Shown here piece by piece: positions 11,286 to 24,846 of a stretch of 64,000 nucleotides of DNA (position 1 is the first letter of the stretch; each line of letters begins with the position of its first letter). A model generated the notes under the pieces. The model made no database searches. It saw nothing but the letters and a program-made list of their open reading frames with translations, and had not been told where the DNA came from. Made by a program: the position numbers and the translations under genes. The stretch lies in assembly GCA_030704615.1 (NCBI GenBank), contig CM060733.1, positions 36,022,001 to 36,086,000 on the forward strand. The letters are read 5' to 3'. Source of the DNA: Takakia lepidozioides (taxonomy: Eukaryota; Plantae; Bryophyta).

Positions 11286-14200
11286 ATGGCTACGGACGAG
11301 CTGGAGGGCGTGGAGATTGGTGACGAGCCAAAGCTCCCGGATTTCAAGCTAGGTGGGGATATCTTTTGTCCGAGCCCCTTAGTCGTGGTCTGTCCTTTGT
11401 TGATGCTGATATGTTCTTGTGTCAATTTATGAAGAAAATGTTACAGAATTCCTAGGAAATCTGGAAAGACTTTGGTCACGGGGAGGTAAATATCTGCGAT
11501 TCCAGTCTCTTTCTTCAAGTTTTGAAGACAATCGGGGGGCAGTGGTGGCTCCAATTGTCTGCTGCAATGCATCAAATAACTCAAATTTTCGGTTGTTGGC
11601 TTACTGTGTATGTTCTCTTATTGTTCTACGTTGTTGGCTTACTGTGGACGTAATAAAGTCTCTCTATATCTCACAATACCACAAAATGTACTCACTGTAG
11701 CCTTGCGGCATAGACCCCTCGTCCAGTTAGGGCGGAAGAAGAGGGAACAAACACTACCTTGATATAAACAACTGGTTGGGGCTTTACCGATTTCATCCAG
11801 AAAGCGCTTCACACAAGCATCAATCTGCTGTGTGTGAGCTGCCCAGAACTAGATCCCAACAGTGCCAGGGCTTTAGTCTCAGCCGCCAGATTATGAAAGT
11901 TGGCGAAACAGAGGTGCAGGGACTGTTCTTGATGGTTCGGAAGAGGGTCGCTCTCGCTGATATTACCCGGAAATTGTATCAGACAATGGTATTGTCTTCA
12001 GCCTGTCTGCACATGGGCATTGACAATCTCCCTTTCATCTCCGCCTTTGTTTATTGTTCAAAGTTAGCTTCCTGCACCATGGGAAAAGTCACAAACTGGG
12101 AAAAAGTCCAGGGAAGTTTTATGCCTAACTCTGGTATGTTTTGGACATTCTTCGTGCTTCTGACGCCGCCTTAGACACTTTAGCCTCCAAGTCAGCTTGA
12201 TCTAGCAAAGTGAATTCTTTCTTCCTGCCAAATATTCAGGTGCTTGGAAATCTCCTCTACCCTTCTCTGCGAGGACTTAGCCTGTTTAACAGGATGGTCT
12301 TGTTTCCAAGAAATAGAGTTGATCATCTTTAGGGTATCTTATAATACAAAGGGCAGGAGAAAAAGGAGCGATGCTGTGTCTGTACAGCTTGCACCTTGCA
12401 AACTGGGACAAATCCTATCTCTGTTATTTCTGCGGATCCCTAAAGCCCTGGCAAGCGATGTAGAGAACGCTGTGAAATAGTGCCATTATAATGCTGGAGA
12501 AAGTGTGCCAATGGCGGTGAGTTGCCCCCAAACATCAATGGGCTAACCTCTGGTTGTGTCAAATAACAATGGTGATTTGAAAACCCTACACTCTATGTGC
12601 GATGCTCATTTCTCTTTTTGCAGCTCCTGGCATACTTTGTTTGCTCTGAACAATGTGAGTGGGAGTGCAGATGCAAAACAGGCGCAGGGCTTCATTGCCT
12701 TCTTTGGCAATCTTCCCGAGGTGCGACCCTTCTGGTTCCTACTGAAGTGGCAAACTTCAACACCTTGTTAGCTCTAGTCAGAGGTAGAATTTATCGAAGT
12801 ACACTACGGCTGGCAAGAAAGGGATATTTTCTGACTGAAAAATCCCTGTCTCTTTAGTTGTCACAAGTGCGATACTTTTGCAGTAACTCTTTCATAGTAA
12901 TATTGTAGGCAGTTCTTTCAGTAACTGTCTCTCCACCAGTCCCATTTTGGTGCCTTCCCTTGAGATCTTATTGGTGGGAGTCTGAAGCTAGTGTCAATCT
13001 TAGATGTGATCGGATGGTTGCAGAAATGTGATTGTCCAATGGCTGTCCAATTAACGGATTGGATAAGAGAGAGAGAACGTAGTTATAAGACAACTTTTGC
13101 CATAGCCTTGTGGTCAGAGATCCCACATCCAATTTGGGTGGAATATTTGGGGGCAACGCTACCTCTGAAAAGCTCAATTCAGCCTTCCTTGACAGAAACA
13201 ATTAGAGAGAGATGTGTGTGTGTGTGTGAGAGAGAGAGAGAGCTAGGCGAGCAGGTTTACATTCCTGGCAACACCTTGAACGTGTTATGGGGCATGGCTG
13301 GACATTGCAGGAGGAGCAGGTTGTACGCTTCTTTGATCGCAAGGTGAGTTCTGCAATGTCACATTGTATTCTGATTTTCGCCAAGTGTGGGGTCCTTGGG
13401 CTGTGCTGTGGAACCTTGCAAAGATATATCCTACATGACACTATGCGAAGATTTTGTGAGAGTGACAGTAGTCACTTGCGTACAAAGCACTTGTCTTCAT
13501 ATGGCCAGATCAATGTCATTGAAGCTTGGATTGGGGAACTTTGTTTGATGTTCTTCCATGTGTCGGCTTCTAGGTGGGTGTCATGCCTCTGTTTGATAGT
13601 GTTCTGATTTACACTCTTTTACAAAGTAGTCTGATATCAATGCCACCAATCTGGAACAGGATTACTACACGGCCCATGGAAGCAATGCGACCTTCATTGC
13701 AAGGACATATTACAAGACCCTGACAGTGCTGCGCCAGCTAGGTAGCGGGTCAAACAGCCTTCTAGGTGTAAGCATCAATAGGAGCATGTTTGAGAACATA
13801 GTGCGGGACTTGCTGTTGGTGAGGACAGATTGCACTATTGAACTGTACGAAGGAAGTGGGTCAAAGTGGCAGCTAGTGAAGACTGGCACACCGGGGAAGC
13901 TGGGTAACTTTGAGGATGTTTTATTTGCGAGCAATGAGATGCAGGTATGAGCACTGAACCTCGTTGATTGTCCTGTCAATAATATTAGCAGGAATTACCA
14001 TCTTAACAAGTGATTACAGATACTGATTGATGGAGGTTCCCTACATGTACAGGACTCTTGTGCATGTTGCATAGGCTTTCTCTTGGAGTAATTGAGTCAT
14101 TGATAACCTTTGGGTCTACAAGTCCTAGTTCACAGTCATTTCCACTGCTCACAGAAGATTGCTGCACTTTGTACGGTTTGGGTTGCAGGACACTCCTGTG

Positions 14201-17200
14201 GTGATGGCTGTGCATGCGACTGTCCGTGAGAACGAACGATCTGTCGGAATAGCGTTTGTTGATCTGACAAAGAGATTGTTAGGAATGACAGAGTTCTTAG
14301 ATGATGACCAGTACACCAGCTTAGAGTCAGCTATGGTAGCCCTTGGATGTCGAGAGTGCGTAATTCCCCAGGAAAATGGAAAGTCTCCGGATGGGCGCAA
14401 GCTTCGCGATGTTATGGCACGCTGCGACGTGCTGATGACAGAGAAGAAGAAAAGTGACTTCAGGTACTTGCTTCTTTGTGAGTCTTTCATTGCAGGGGGC
14501 TCGAATATTTTCAAACATGTGCTAACAGAATCCTTGAACTAGCTAAGGTTGAACTTAAACACTTGCAAAGATTTCTTCCTAATGCCGTGTTCCAGCTGCT
14601 GCTTTGAAAAGCCCTAATCAATCATGGGCTAAAATATCTGTAGGGGGCTTCAATGGAATTCGGTGCAAATTGGGATTGAGACCTATTTTAGTAATCTATG
14701 GCTGCAAATATTGTCTGCAACATGCAGCAATGTTTGTCTATCTCACAAGTTTCATCAAACTGTCCAAATGTCGCTCTGCACATTTGAGATGCATATAGTG
14801 CGTGCGGTTCGTAGTTTTGTCTAGCAGTCCCCTCTGTTTTCTGTACTTCTGCCTTTCCTCAGCAGGAATGACAGTCGAGAAGATGTTCAGTCTGGACCAA
14901 CCTTCAAGGCAATACTAGTATCAGGTAGGTTTGGAAAGACTAAGTTTTGCTGTTATGGTGCAGGTCTCGGGATGTAGAGCAGGATCTAAGCCGGCTTGTA
15001 AAAGGTCCCTTGGAGCAACACAAGGACCTCGTGGCTGGATCTGAGGGTGCAGCTGCCCTTGCTGCTCTGCTTTCCTACACGGAGCTCCTTGCTGATGACA
15101 CTAATTATGGGAAGTACACTCTTCAACCCTACAGCCTAGACTTGTACATGCGCCTTGACGCTGCTGCACTAAGAGCTCTCAATGTCACTGAGAACAAGAC
15201 AGATGCAAACAAGAACTTCAGTCTGTTTGGGTTGATGAACCGCATGTGCACACAAGGCATGGGAAAACGGCTGCTCAATCGATGGTTGAAACAGCCCCTG
15301 CTTGATGTGGATGAAATAGTTGGGAGGCTGGATGTAGTCCAGGCTTTTGTTGAAGGCCTGGAAGTGCGACAGGATTTACGGACCCAGTTGCGTCGGATGC
15401 CTGACATTGAGCGCTTGGTGGGTAAGTTGGAGAAGCGCCGCGCAGGTTTACAGGATATCGTGAGGCTGTACCAGGCAAGAATCTTGCAACTTTTGCTTTG
15501 TATCATGTGAATTGGCATGCTAGTAAAATTCATGATAGCCTTCATTCATGCAGCTTACTTCTCTATCTAGCATCAAAGTGTTGATACTTGGTTTGAAGAT
15601 AGAAATCAGGCATGCTTCACTGTTCATAACCAATCAAGTGCTATACCCTCACAAGTGTATTCTAGACAGAACCTTGCGCATTCTTACACCCCACAGTATT
15701 TGTTTTGTCAACAGGCAAGTGTGCGGCTACCAATCATCAAGACCTGTCTTTCTCGTTATGATGGCCAATTCACTGAGCTTTTGGATAAGAAGTACGGCAA
15801 TCTTTTGGCAGAATGGACAAAGCCAGATCATCTGGGTAAATTTGATGGCTTGGTTGAAGCAGCTGTTGACCTTGACCAGCTACAGAATGGAGAGTACATA
15901 ATTGCAGCTGATTATGACAATAGCCTTCAGGAGATAAAGAAGGAGAGAGATTCTGTAGATAAACAGATACAAAAAGTGCACCAGCTGGCAGCAGATGATT
16001 TGGGGCTGCCTGGTGACAAGGCTGTCAAGCTAGACAAAAGTACCCAGTGGGGATATGTGTTTCGAATAACAAAGAAGGAGGAGCCAAAGGTGAGGAAGAA
16101 ACTGACCTCACAGTATATGACCTTAGAGACAAGGAAAGATGGCATAAAATTCACAAATGCCAAATTACGAAGGCTCAGTGAACAGTATACAAAGCTAACT
16201 GAGGAGTACACTAGCACGCAGCGGGAGCTCGTCGCCAAGGTGGTGGATGTTGCAGCAACATTTGTTGAGGTACAAACTCTGCCTCAAGAAAATGGAGTAT
16301 TTTTATGAGTTATTTTGCTGAAAAAACAGTAGAGTAGGAGTGATTGGTATGTACCTTATTTCAGAACCTGCATTTTGCACTAAATGACCAAGTGAACTTT
16401 TTGTCTTCTTCTGTTGATTCGCTCGATGGACTCTTTCATTTGAGGTATCCAGGCTGTGGTGTGCTCAAAAAGGGTGATGTTTCTCTCCAATGAAGATCTT
16501 GCCACTCTGGGGTTGCACTCTGGGGCCTGCCAAAAGTGTTGTTGGTTACTTGTTGTGATTCCTCTACTAAACTCTGATCCAGCAGTGTGTAAAGTTTATA
16601 TCATCCAAATATGGACAGATGATCGTTGTCTTTCTTTAGGTGGGTAATGGACACATTAAGATCATGTTAGGCCCTGCAGGTTCCATTAGGATCTATGGCA
16701 ATCTCGAAATCAGGAAACCCATCACTGAGGATGTTTGAAATTTTTCTTCAAATAATTATAATCTTAGTCGTCCCATTTTGGTTATTGATTTGGATTATTT
16801 TGACGCTATCATTTCCTTGCCGACAGGTCTTTGCAGAGGCTGCAAGTCTATTAGCAGATATGGATGTGCTGCTTAGCTTTGCGGATCTTTCTGTCACTAG
16901 TCCAACACCATATGTGAGGCCCACAATAACATGCGGGGTAATCTTCCACGTCCCTTTTTCATGTTAGTGTGAGGTTCTGCTCTTCTGCTTAGAACTGCTG
17001 CCCAGCTACCTATATGTAGGCAGGCTTTGGTATACTCCCCTTCATTGTTCTATAAACAGGTTGACTTTCGCTTCTTAGATAAAATATATTTGCTCCAAGT
17101 TCAAAAGCATTTAACTCCTCTAACCTAGAAAGCCAAGTTCAAAGGGTCGTGAATAGCTTTGGAATGATGCAGGACAAAGGAGACATCATTTTGGAAGGGA

Positions 17201-20200
17201 GCCGGCACCCATGTGTTGAGGCACAGGAGGATGTTAACTTCATCCCTAATGATTGCCATTTGGTATGTTGCAGGTTTACACATGGTTCGTCTAATATAGA
17301 GGGCCCTGTCCTGTGGTTAGCATATGTACTTTTTGGAAATAGTATATTTGGTTTACATGCTGTTGGGGACATAAACTGGCCTTTTTGGAAGTGAGAAGAA
17401 TGAATTGAAATGGATGGAGGGTTTAATGGTAGGTGGGTGGCTCCAAGACTTGACAGAGGTTGGCCTCACTTCCCTTCATTTCAGACTCCAGACACCTGCA
17501 TGTCTCCACCTTTCGTTCAGACTACTGACTGGGGAGATAGTGTATTATGGACTACGTAACAATTCGAATCTGTTCAAAAACAGGCCACTTGCTTGAATGG
17601 AGAATCAAGAAGACATTGGCCATTGACATAGAAGGGCAGTCCCATGATGTTCAATGCCATAACTGTGAACTGCTCGTGTCAGGTGCGAGGCAAGAGCTGG
17701 TTCCAGATTATAACGGGTCCAAACATGGGTGGAAAATCAACATTCATTCGACAGGTTTTACCCCTTCTCTTTGGAATACTGAAGAGAAATGTTCTTTAAA
17801 GCACAGGCTGGTCCATACTAAGTGTTGGAAGAGGTGAGGAGGATCCCGCATTCTCCTAGGTCTCAAACAGGCCTCTTCAACTGTATGTTTGGATCTGAGC
17901 AAGAAAAATTGAATCTTGACCTTTGAATGTTCATCCAATGCCAGGAGATGAGCAGAAGCCCGGGGAATTTCAATCTACTTCCGGAGAATTTTGATTCTTA
18001 ATAAGACAACATTGTTTATGGTCAGTACATGTCCTTTAGATGTCCGGGAGAATCTCACTACAGAGGGATGGACAGGTAGGTGTGAATGTGTTGATGGCAC
18101 AAGTTGGATGCTTTGTGCCATGCGACCGCGCAGAGATCAGTGTGCGTGACTGTATCTTTGCTCGAGTTGGAGCTGGAGACTGCCAGGTGCTTTATTGTCA
18201 ACTAAGTCTACTTCGGTTTTATAAAGAGCTTGTCATGAATGTTGCGAGCATCATAGAGAGCTTTGAAGTGGCAAATGATCTCTTCATCATCAATTACGCC
18301 ATGATACTCAAGTAAATGCCCATGTTAGGGATATGAACACTATTTTATATATCATTCTTCCCAGTGAACTTCAGTTCTCATATTGCTCAAGGATGTGTCC
18401 ACATATGGTGTGTAGCTGCGGGGAGTCTCAACGTTCATGGCAGAGATGTTGGAGACAGCTGCCATCTTGAAGTCTGCTACAGAGCGCTCCTTGATCATCA
18501 TAGATGAACTTGGGCGGGGAACTTCAACTTATGATGGATTTGGTAAGACCCTTGTCTCGATTGTCCATCCAAATTTTAAGTGTCAATGTCCAATAGAGAG
18601 AGGTGCAGATTTGGAATCATATCTTCATAAGGTGTTTGCGGGGGTGTTATTGTCCTGACTACATCCTCTCTATCAACCTGTATTATGAGTACAGGGTTGG
18701 CGTGGGCCATTTGTGAGTACCTAGTGGAGGTAACAAGGGCGCCTACACTATTTGCCACCCACTTTCATGAGCTGACCGCTCTGGCACACTCAACGGACCA
18801 GTCTGTGTACGGCCCCCCAAGGGGACCCCTGGTGGGAATTGCTAACTATCATGTCAGTGCTCACATTGACACCAAATCAAGAAAGCTGGCTATGCTTTAC
18901 AAGGTGAATTCCTCCTGCATCTTCTCATCATTATTATGAAGCCGGACAGCTTAAAAAATTGTAGTGTGGTTACACAGTCTCTCTTTTTCTAGTTTTGAAA
19001 TCCCAATTTGTGGTCTTGCCGCCTCTCCCACCTGAGAAGGATGTAACAGACTGCGATCGCACTTTCTGCTTCCCTGACTGTAGAGTATGAAATATCTTTC
19101 CCCTCTGCATAGGAAGAGTGGCTCCAAGGTAAGCGAAGGTACAAGTTCAACAAGTCAGAATTCGTGATGTTTCGTGACCGTCTGGGGAAAGTGTATATGT
19201 TAAGCAAAAAAGATGAACATGGAGACCAAGCTCATGACTGCAGGATTTATTAAATACGTCTTGTCCTGCAAGAAGAGCATTGAGGAGAAAAGGCAATGAG
19301 AAACCTCATGGAGTTTTAAGTCCCATTATCAGTTTCTGGGGTGCAAAAGAATTTTTTACAATATTTTTGCTTTGTGCGTGGAAGAGGAAGAAGAGGATCA
19401 GAGGGCATAGGGGAATCGCAATCAAAAAATTGATCAAGGATGCGATCAAGCTGAGAGTGATTAGTCCAGGCTTCAGCTCTGCCCTTCTGTGGTGCCACTG
19501 ATTTTTAGCCTTAGCCTGTCCCCACTGACTTCTTTTGGTGGTCGAGGAGGGAACGGGAGGGAGAATGTACTCATAAGACGTTTTGCCGTATCCTTGTGGC
19601 CACAGACACTTGCCCAGTTTGGGCGGAACAAAAGGGAACAGACACTAGTTTTGTGAGGGGCTCACTCCAGTCGTGGGACATAGGGTGATATAATGAATTT
19701 GTTGTGGCTTTCCAGATTTCCTCTAGAAATGTCTACACACAAGCATCACTCTGCTGTGTGTAGAACAGGAGAGAGAGAACAGAAATGAAATGAAGTGGGG
19801 CACTTTATAACAAGAGAGAAGAAAGGAAGTGGGGTGCAAACGCCACCAGACATGATGGACTTGTCAATCTCTGTCATGCATTGTCTTGCCAGATGAATGA
19901 TGCCAGAGGACGTTGAATGCATGTAGTGTCGGTCAATTGTGCCATGCTTTTTGCTACTCTGCAGTCTGCAGATCACTCTGCACCTCCTGCAGTATAACAT
20001 GGAGTTTTTTGTAATGCAATGAAATGGACAGGTGGAAGAGGGTCCGTGCGACCAAAGCTTTGGCATTCATGTGGCTGAGTTTGCACATTTTCCGGAAAGT
20101 GTGGTAGCTCTAGCTAGAGAAAAAGCTGCAGAGTTAGAGGATTTCTCTCCTGCAGGCCTTGATTCAGGAGCGGACGAAATCAAGGAGGAGGTAACTTTAC

Positions 20201-20696
20201 ACCTTGGCCTTTTGGTCCCAACATAGCATGCGGCTGCTTTTGTAGAAACTCGCAACTTTGCATGGAATCACGTTAAAGGTGGTTTTACTTCTCTAGTCTT
20301 TCAGAAATAAAGTAGCATATCTTGTTGAGCAGTACTGTTTTAACTTGGATTTGTACATATTACCATCATTCAGATGTGCCTTTCAAAGTTGTGTGGACAT
20401 GAGAATGTGTTGGGGCCACTCTCTTGTAGCGTACAGCTTAATTCAACAGGAACGTAGCCATTTTCAAGAACCAAGGGCTTACACACATCTTATGTGGCCA
20501 ACAGGTGGGAGTGAAACGAAGGAGAGTCAGTGGTCCAGTGCATGGGGCTGCACGTGCTCGCCAGTTTCTGCAGGACTTCGTAGCATTGCCATTGGATACT
20601 ATGAACGCAAAGGAAGCCATTGCACAATTCAAAGAATTGAAGAGTGCTCTGGACAGAGATGCAAGCAGCAACCCCTGGTTGCAACAGCTTTTGTGA
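11286..20696 (+). CDS. MSH2: DNA mismatch repair protein MSH2, ~948 aa, 15 exons
   Basis: Exons 11286-11352, 12671-12720, 13311-13343, 13660-13944, 14189-14463, 14964-15474, 15715-16269, 16827-16937, 17173-17262, 17683-17754, 18076-18186, 18416-18542, 18695-18903, 20032-20190, 20505-20696 join in frame. Motifs: [29 protein letters not shown], Walker [37 protein letters not shown]. Confidence 0.97.
11685..11883 (-). mobile_element. (CT)n-associated short interspersed element, copy 1 (MSH2 intron 1)
   Basis: aatgtactca..gtagccttg..ccagtt.gggcggaa..cacacaagcatcaatctgctgtgtg, shared with the copies at 13067, 19561, 43425 and 63834. Confidence 0.75.
13067..13210 (-). mobile_element. (CT)n-associated element, copy 2, truncated (MSH2 intron 2)
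   Basis: gagagagagaacgtagttataagacaacttttgccatagccttgtggtcagagatcccacatccaatttgggtggaa; flanked by GA runs. Confidence 0.65.
19561..19761 (-). mobile_element. (CT)n-associated element, copy 3 (MSH2 intron 13)
   Basis: gagaatgtactcataagacgttttgccgtatccttgtggcc...cacacaagcatcactctgctgtgtg. Confidence 0.75.
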
Positions 20697-21764
20697 AGGT
20701 TAACCTTACACCAGTTTGCTGCTAATGCCTCTTCTTGCCTGGATTTTGATTGGTAGCTCTTTCTCCCTCTCCGGGTGGCAAAGGAGGAGCACATTGATGT
20801 AAACCTGCGAAGCTGGTATAATTTGCCTTGCCAGAGAATATTTGATGCCCAGAAGCAGAGAGGGCATTTTTCTGCCCATTACTGGCAGACCACCACTAGA
20901 CATCAAGGTCCAGTACAGGATTGCCTCGTCAGGATGTCATAAGCCTAATGGCCTCTAGTAGTGATTTTGCTTAGCCTTTTAGAAGTAACACAGATGCCTA
21001 GGAAACGATAAAAGGACAGTAATTGTGACCCTGAACTTGGCCTTCAAAGATACTGGCTTTGCAAATTTCATTGAAAACTTCTGTGGCCTCAAAACCAGTA
21101 CTGGGAGGTACCAGTATTGCACTGAGAAAGCCCTGCCTCAACGAGGGAAATAGAATGTCTACTTTCAAAGGGACTGCTGAGATGCTATCGGAAGTGACAC
21201 TGAACTGCATAGCTGGATGCTGTAACTGCTGCACAAACATTGAGTCAAGTTTTTCCCAAGATTCTCTGGGCACGGTGTATCCGTCACAGAATCTGTCAAC
21301 AACAGCCTGGGAAAAGCTCCTGTTGCACAAGCAAACTTCAATCTTGCTGAAAGGTTTAGCTAACCTTGCAGGCATGGTGTCAGGGGTGAATTGTGGATAT
21401 CGAAATTGGTAGTCTCCAGGCCGACCAAATCTGGCTTGACATCTTGAGCTCGGCCACCTCACGTCGGTAAGGATCAATTAGAGGTGTATTTAGACTATTG
21501 GATGTTCGTGGATTTGGCCATGATAGTCTCACAGGGTAGACCCCAACTTTAGTCTCAAAAGCCTTACCAAATGGGCGAGAGCTTAGATTGTTAACCCAAT
21601 GTGACTTGCCAATCCCTTCATCAGCTGTTCATTGCAGATTACTATCATCCATATCAAGAAGAGTCACTGTCAATGGTAGAGAGGAAGTATTACAAAGTGG
21701 TCACTGGATATGAAACTGACTAGGTCTACAAAGTAGTTAATAAAGGCGTATTGAGAATAGCACA

Positions 21765-21922
21765 ATGGCAAGTCCTTTGAGAATTGATGCTCCTTACTAC
21801 GGGAGAGAGTCCCCGGAGTCTTAGACTGGCTTGAAAAAATGCAGATGGCTGGTGATGTTCAGGACTTGAACACAGATAAGCTATTTAAGCTAGCAAGGTT
21901 AAACTTGAAGGGTAAAGCATGA
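21765..21922 (+). mobile_element. Ty3/gypsy gag N-terminal remnant
   Basis: Frameshifted MASPLR... then DWLEKMQMAGDVQDLNTDKLFKLARLNLKGKA*, resembling the gag W-x-E...L-x-G-x-A pattern. Confidence 0.55.
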
Positions 21923-22365
21923 CCTGATCTGGTACCATTTGCTTATACGTCTCAGATTGTCAAACTCCGGACGCGCATTCTTCACGCTCCCATGTTTGGC
22001 ATACATGTTAACTCACATCCCGGGCTCATGTTGATTCTCATGCATTGTTGCACCTGCAAGATCTATGCACTCCTGCAATAGACAATTTCTCCAGGAACTC
22101 CTATTCCTTCATTTGATCCCAGGGGGAGAGAATCCCCTTAATACTCTTCTAAACGGAGCAAGGGCTTCATTGAAATCCGTGAGTAAGTTCCTGTTACAGA
22201 TGTTCCTTTGGAAGTTTTAATGTATGGTGGGTCTCTAATTGCTACCTGGCAAGGTGGAGGTCACTACGACACCACATCTGAATAATCGCACTTTCCCTCA
22301 AGCGAGAGTGCGAGAAATTCTCTTGGTAAGAAAATACCACGGTGGTTCTAGATGTATGTTGAATG

Positions 22366-22952
22366 ACCCTCGAGTGCCTAAAGCACTCTAGGAGGAGGAA
22401 GCAAAGACGCTTACTAGGTGGAGCCCATGACCCGAGTGTGGTGAGGGCTCTGATTGGGGTGTTCGCAACATAGGTAGTTGTGGTGGGGGTGACATAGGAC
22501 TCAACGCGGGGCTAAGGCCTTGTGGTGGGAGTTGTGGTGGAGTCTTAAGACTCACCGTGGACCAATGGGCCGTGGTGGGTAAGCCAAAACTCATCACGAC
22601 TCAACTTGAGCGAGTCCGAGGGTTTTGGTGGTGTTGCACCAAAATCTGAACATGTTGCTTATGAGACACCCGCCAACACCTTCGGAGACGTATATATGAG
22701 GTAGTAACCTGAGAATGGTGCAAGCCCATTAAACGACCAAAATTAGTAAAGCAAGCAAGTGAGTCGGAAAGTGACCAAGCATGGGGAGCTATTCCGGTTT
22801 GCTTTCAGCCATAGGGATTTCCATGGGATCCAAGTGGTTGAGGGAGAACCGATATCCCCAAGCGAGTAGCCAAAGCTCCAAGTTAGCCCAGCGGCTAGTA
22901 TGGAACTTAGTCGGGCGCATCAAAACAAATAATTATGATTTAAGGGAAGTTT
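22366..22952 (+). mobile_element. degenerate LTR, same family as 33619-34325
   Basis: Colinear similarity: ccttgtggtgggagt, ccaatgggc, tatata..gtagtaacc.gagaa.ggtgcaagccc, ggaaag.gaccaag, gcgcatcaaa. Confidence 0.8.
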
Positions 22953-23049
22953 ACCAAAATGAGATGCACAACCGGCACTAATGGAAAGATGAATAAGCTA
23001 GCCCACCAATATTATTTATCCAAACCTTTGTATAATCCTCTACCAATAT

Positions 23050-23560
23050 GTTCTAAGCTGCCCTTGCAATGGCACGCATAATATGACTCACAACATTGTA
23101 CAGGATGCAATAGCTTCAATTGCTCGTGAGGCAACATTCCATGTTTTGCGATAGTAGACATGCTCTTCCATCTCTTCAAAGTTCATCACCATTCCACTAG
23201 GCGTCGTGTTGACATTGTCTTTTCCTAGGATGTTTTTCTTACATTGGACATCATCATCACAGGAAGTGGCTGCTCTTGTAGCTGTTCATGGTAAAGAACA
23301 AGATTACCATGATTCGAGGTATACATTCCTCCCGCTAGCAATCGAATTTTTTGGATATCTGCATTGTCAATTCGACAACATTCTGCGCACATGTGTTGTT
23401 GTATGGCAAAAAACAAAGATAGCTCCAATGCCTTTATCTTGTAGCCTTCTTTAGGCATGATACTCTATTGCGTTACAAAGAGCACAAGCTATGTCTATTT
23501 TGCGTCGGGCGGAAGTGGCAAAGGCAACTTCATCTTGCCTGCTAGCTCATTTTGACCCAC
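23050..23560 (+). mobile_element. CRE/NeSL-type non-LTR retrotransposon remnant (restriction-like endonuclease region)
   Basis: Broken frames read HNIVQDAIASIAREATFHV, RRVDIV, KEQDYHD..FLPLAIEFFGYLH and SIALQRAQAMSILRRA. Confidence 0.7.
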
Positions 23561-24660
23561 CTTCTTTCTGGTTGTTTGATCTACTTTAGGCAGTATCAGT
23601 ACTATTTCTTTTTCTAGCGGAAAATCATTCGATTTCGACCTCGAAAATGGGTCAGCTACTTGTACAAATGAAATTATGTACAAAAGAATTATGAGGAGTA
23701 AAAAAATTAAGAAATTAGCCATAGAGCGTGAGTTGAATATCATTAAGTGATTTTGCCTACGTGGACCTGTTAAAACTTAAAACGTCTCACATGTTAAAAA
23801 GCCATTTTTCTAACCCTACCACCCTTGTTATATAGAATTTACATGTGACTTATGGCGATTTTGAAAAAATGAAACTCTGGGCAATAGGTGATGCTAGATC
23901 GGTTTGATTGGCTTTGTTGGCTCATCTTGCCTTAAGGCAAGGACTTCACATTCACTTGGGTCTACAAGTACTTAAGGCTGAAAATAGCTTAGACCTTAAG
24001 ATTAGAAGTGGGTGATGACTATAGAAAGTACCTATAGTACAACTAGCTTAAAGCTAAATAGTTTGGATTCGAAATATGTAGTTCATTTTAGACTTTAGGA
24101 GGTTGTGGGTTCAATCCATAATTTTACAAGAGATGCCATAAATTTACGCTTTGGGCTATTAACATGATTTATCTTTGCTCGTGGCATTAAAGAAATCAAA
24201 TTCATGTAAATATTATGGAATGGCTCGTGTAACTTACACTTTGTTCTAAAGAGGCCCAGACTACGCATCAGTGTCAAAAATGGCTAAGCGCCTGTTGTGC
24301 CTTCCCCAGGCGTTATCTCCTCTCCTTCGCATAATACTACTTCGTTATGCTAAATGCTAAACAAGGTAATACCTCCCTCAGATAACATCCTTCTTATTGA
24401 ACAATTTATAAAAAATAAATGGATGAATTTTCAAGGTTATTATGGATGAAAGTAGATTTCACTATTCGCAAAAATTAATTAAAAATAAATGTTAGCTTTG
24501 GCTCCGGGGAAGTTCCCCCTCAGTTAGCCTTCACGGCCTACCTTTTCCTTTCTCAATGGTGTTTTATTTCACTTAGAGGTTCGTGTTGACTCTTGTACAG
24601 TAACCTCATTTTGGTCTTTTATAAAGCTTTGCAGATATTGTTGTCATTAGCTCCTGAGCT

Positions 24661-24846
24661 GATATCGGATAGATAGATACTAGATACATCATTTCCCTCC
24701 GCCTACCGAACCACTCCATAGCTAGCTTTATGTGAGTCGGTTGTTGCCTCCTCTAGGAGAGATGATATCAGATAGATGGGAGATAGATCATTTTCTTAAG
24801 CCCACCAAACCACTCCGTAACTAGCTTTATGTGAGTATGTTGTTGT
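24661..24846. repeat. diverged direct repeat pair of ~85 bp
   Basis: gatatc.gatagat...aaccactcc.ta.ctagctttatgtgagt..gttgttg at 24661 and 24764. Confidence 0.75.

Noticed and set aside
22200-22290. GGHYD peptide hinting at an OTU protease fragment
   Set aside because: One short motif with no catalytic Cys region; insufficient.
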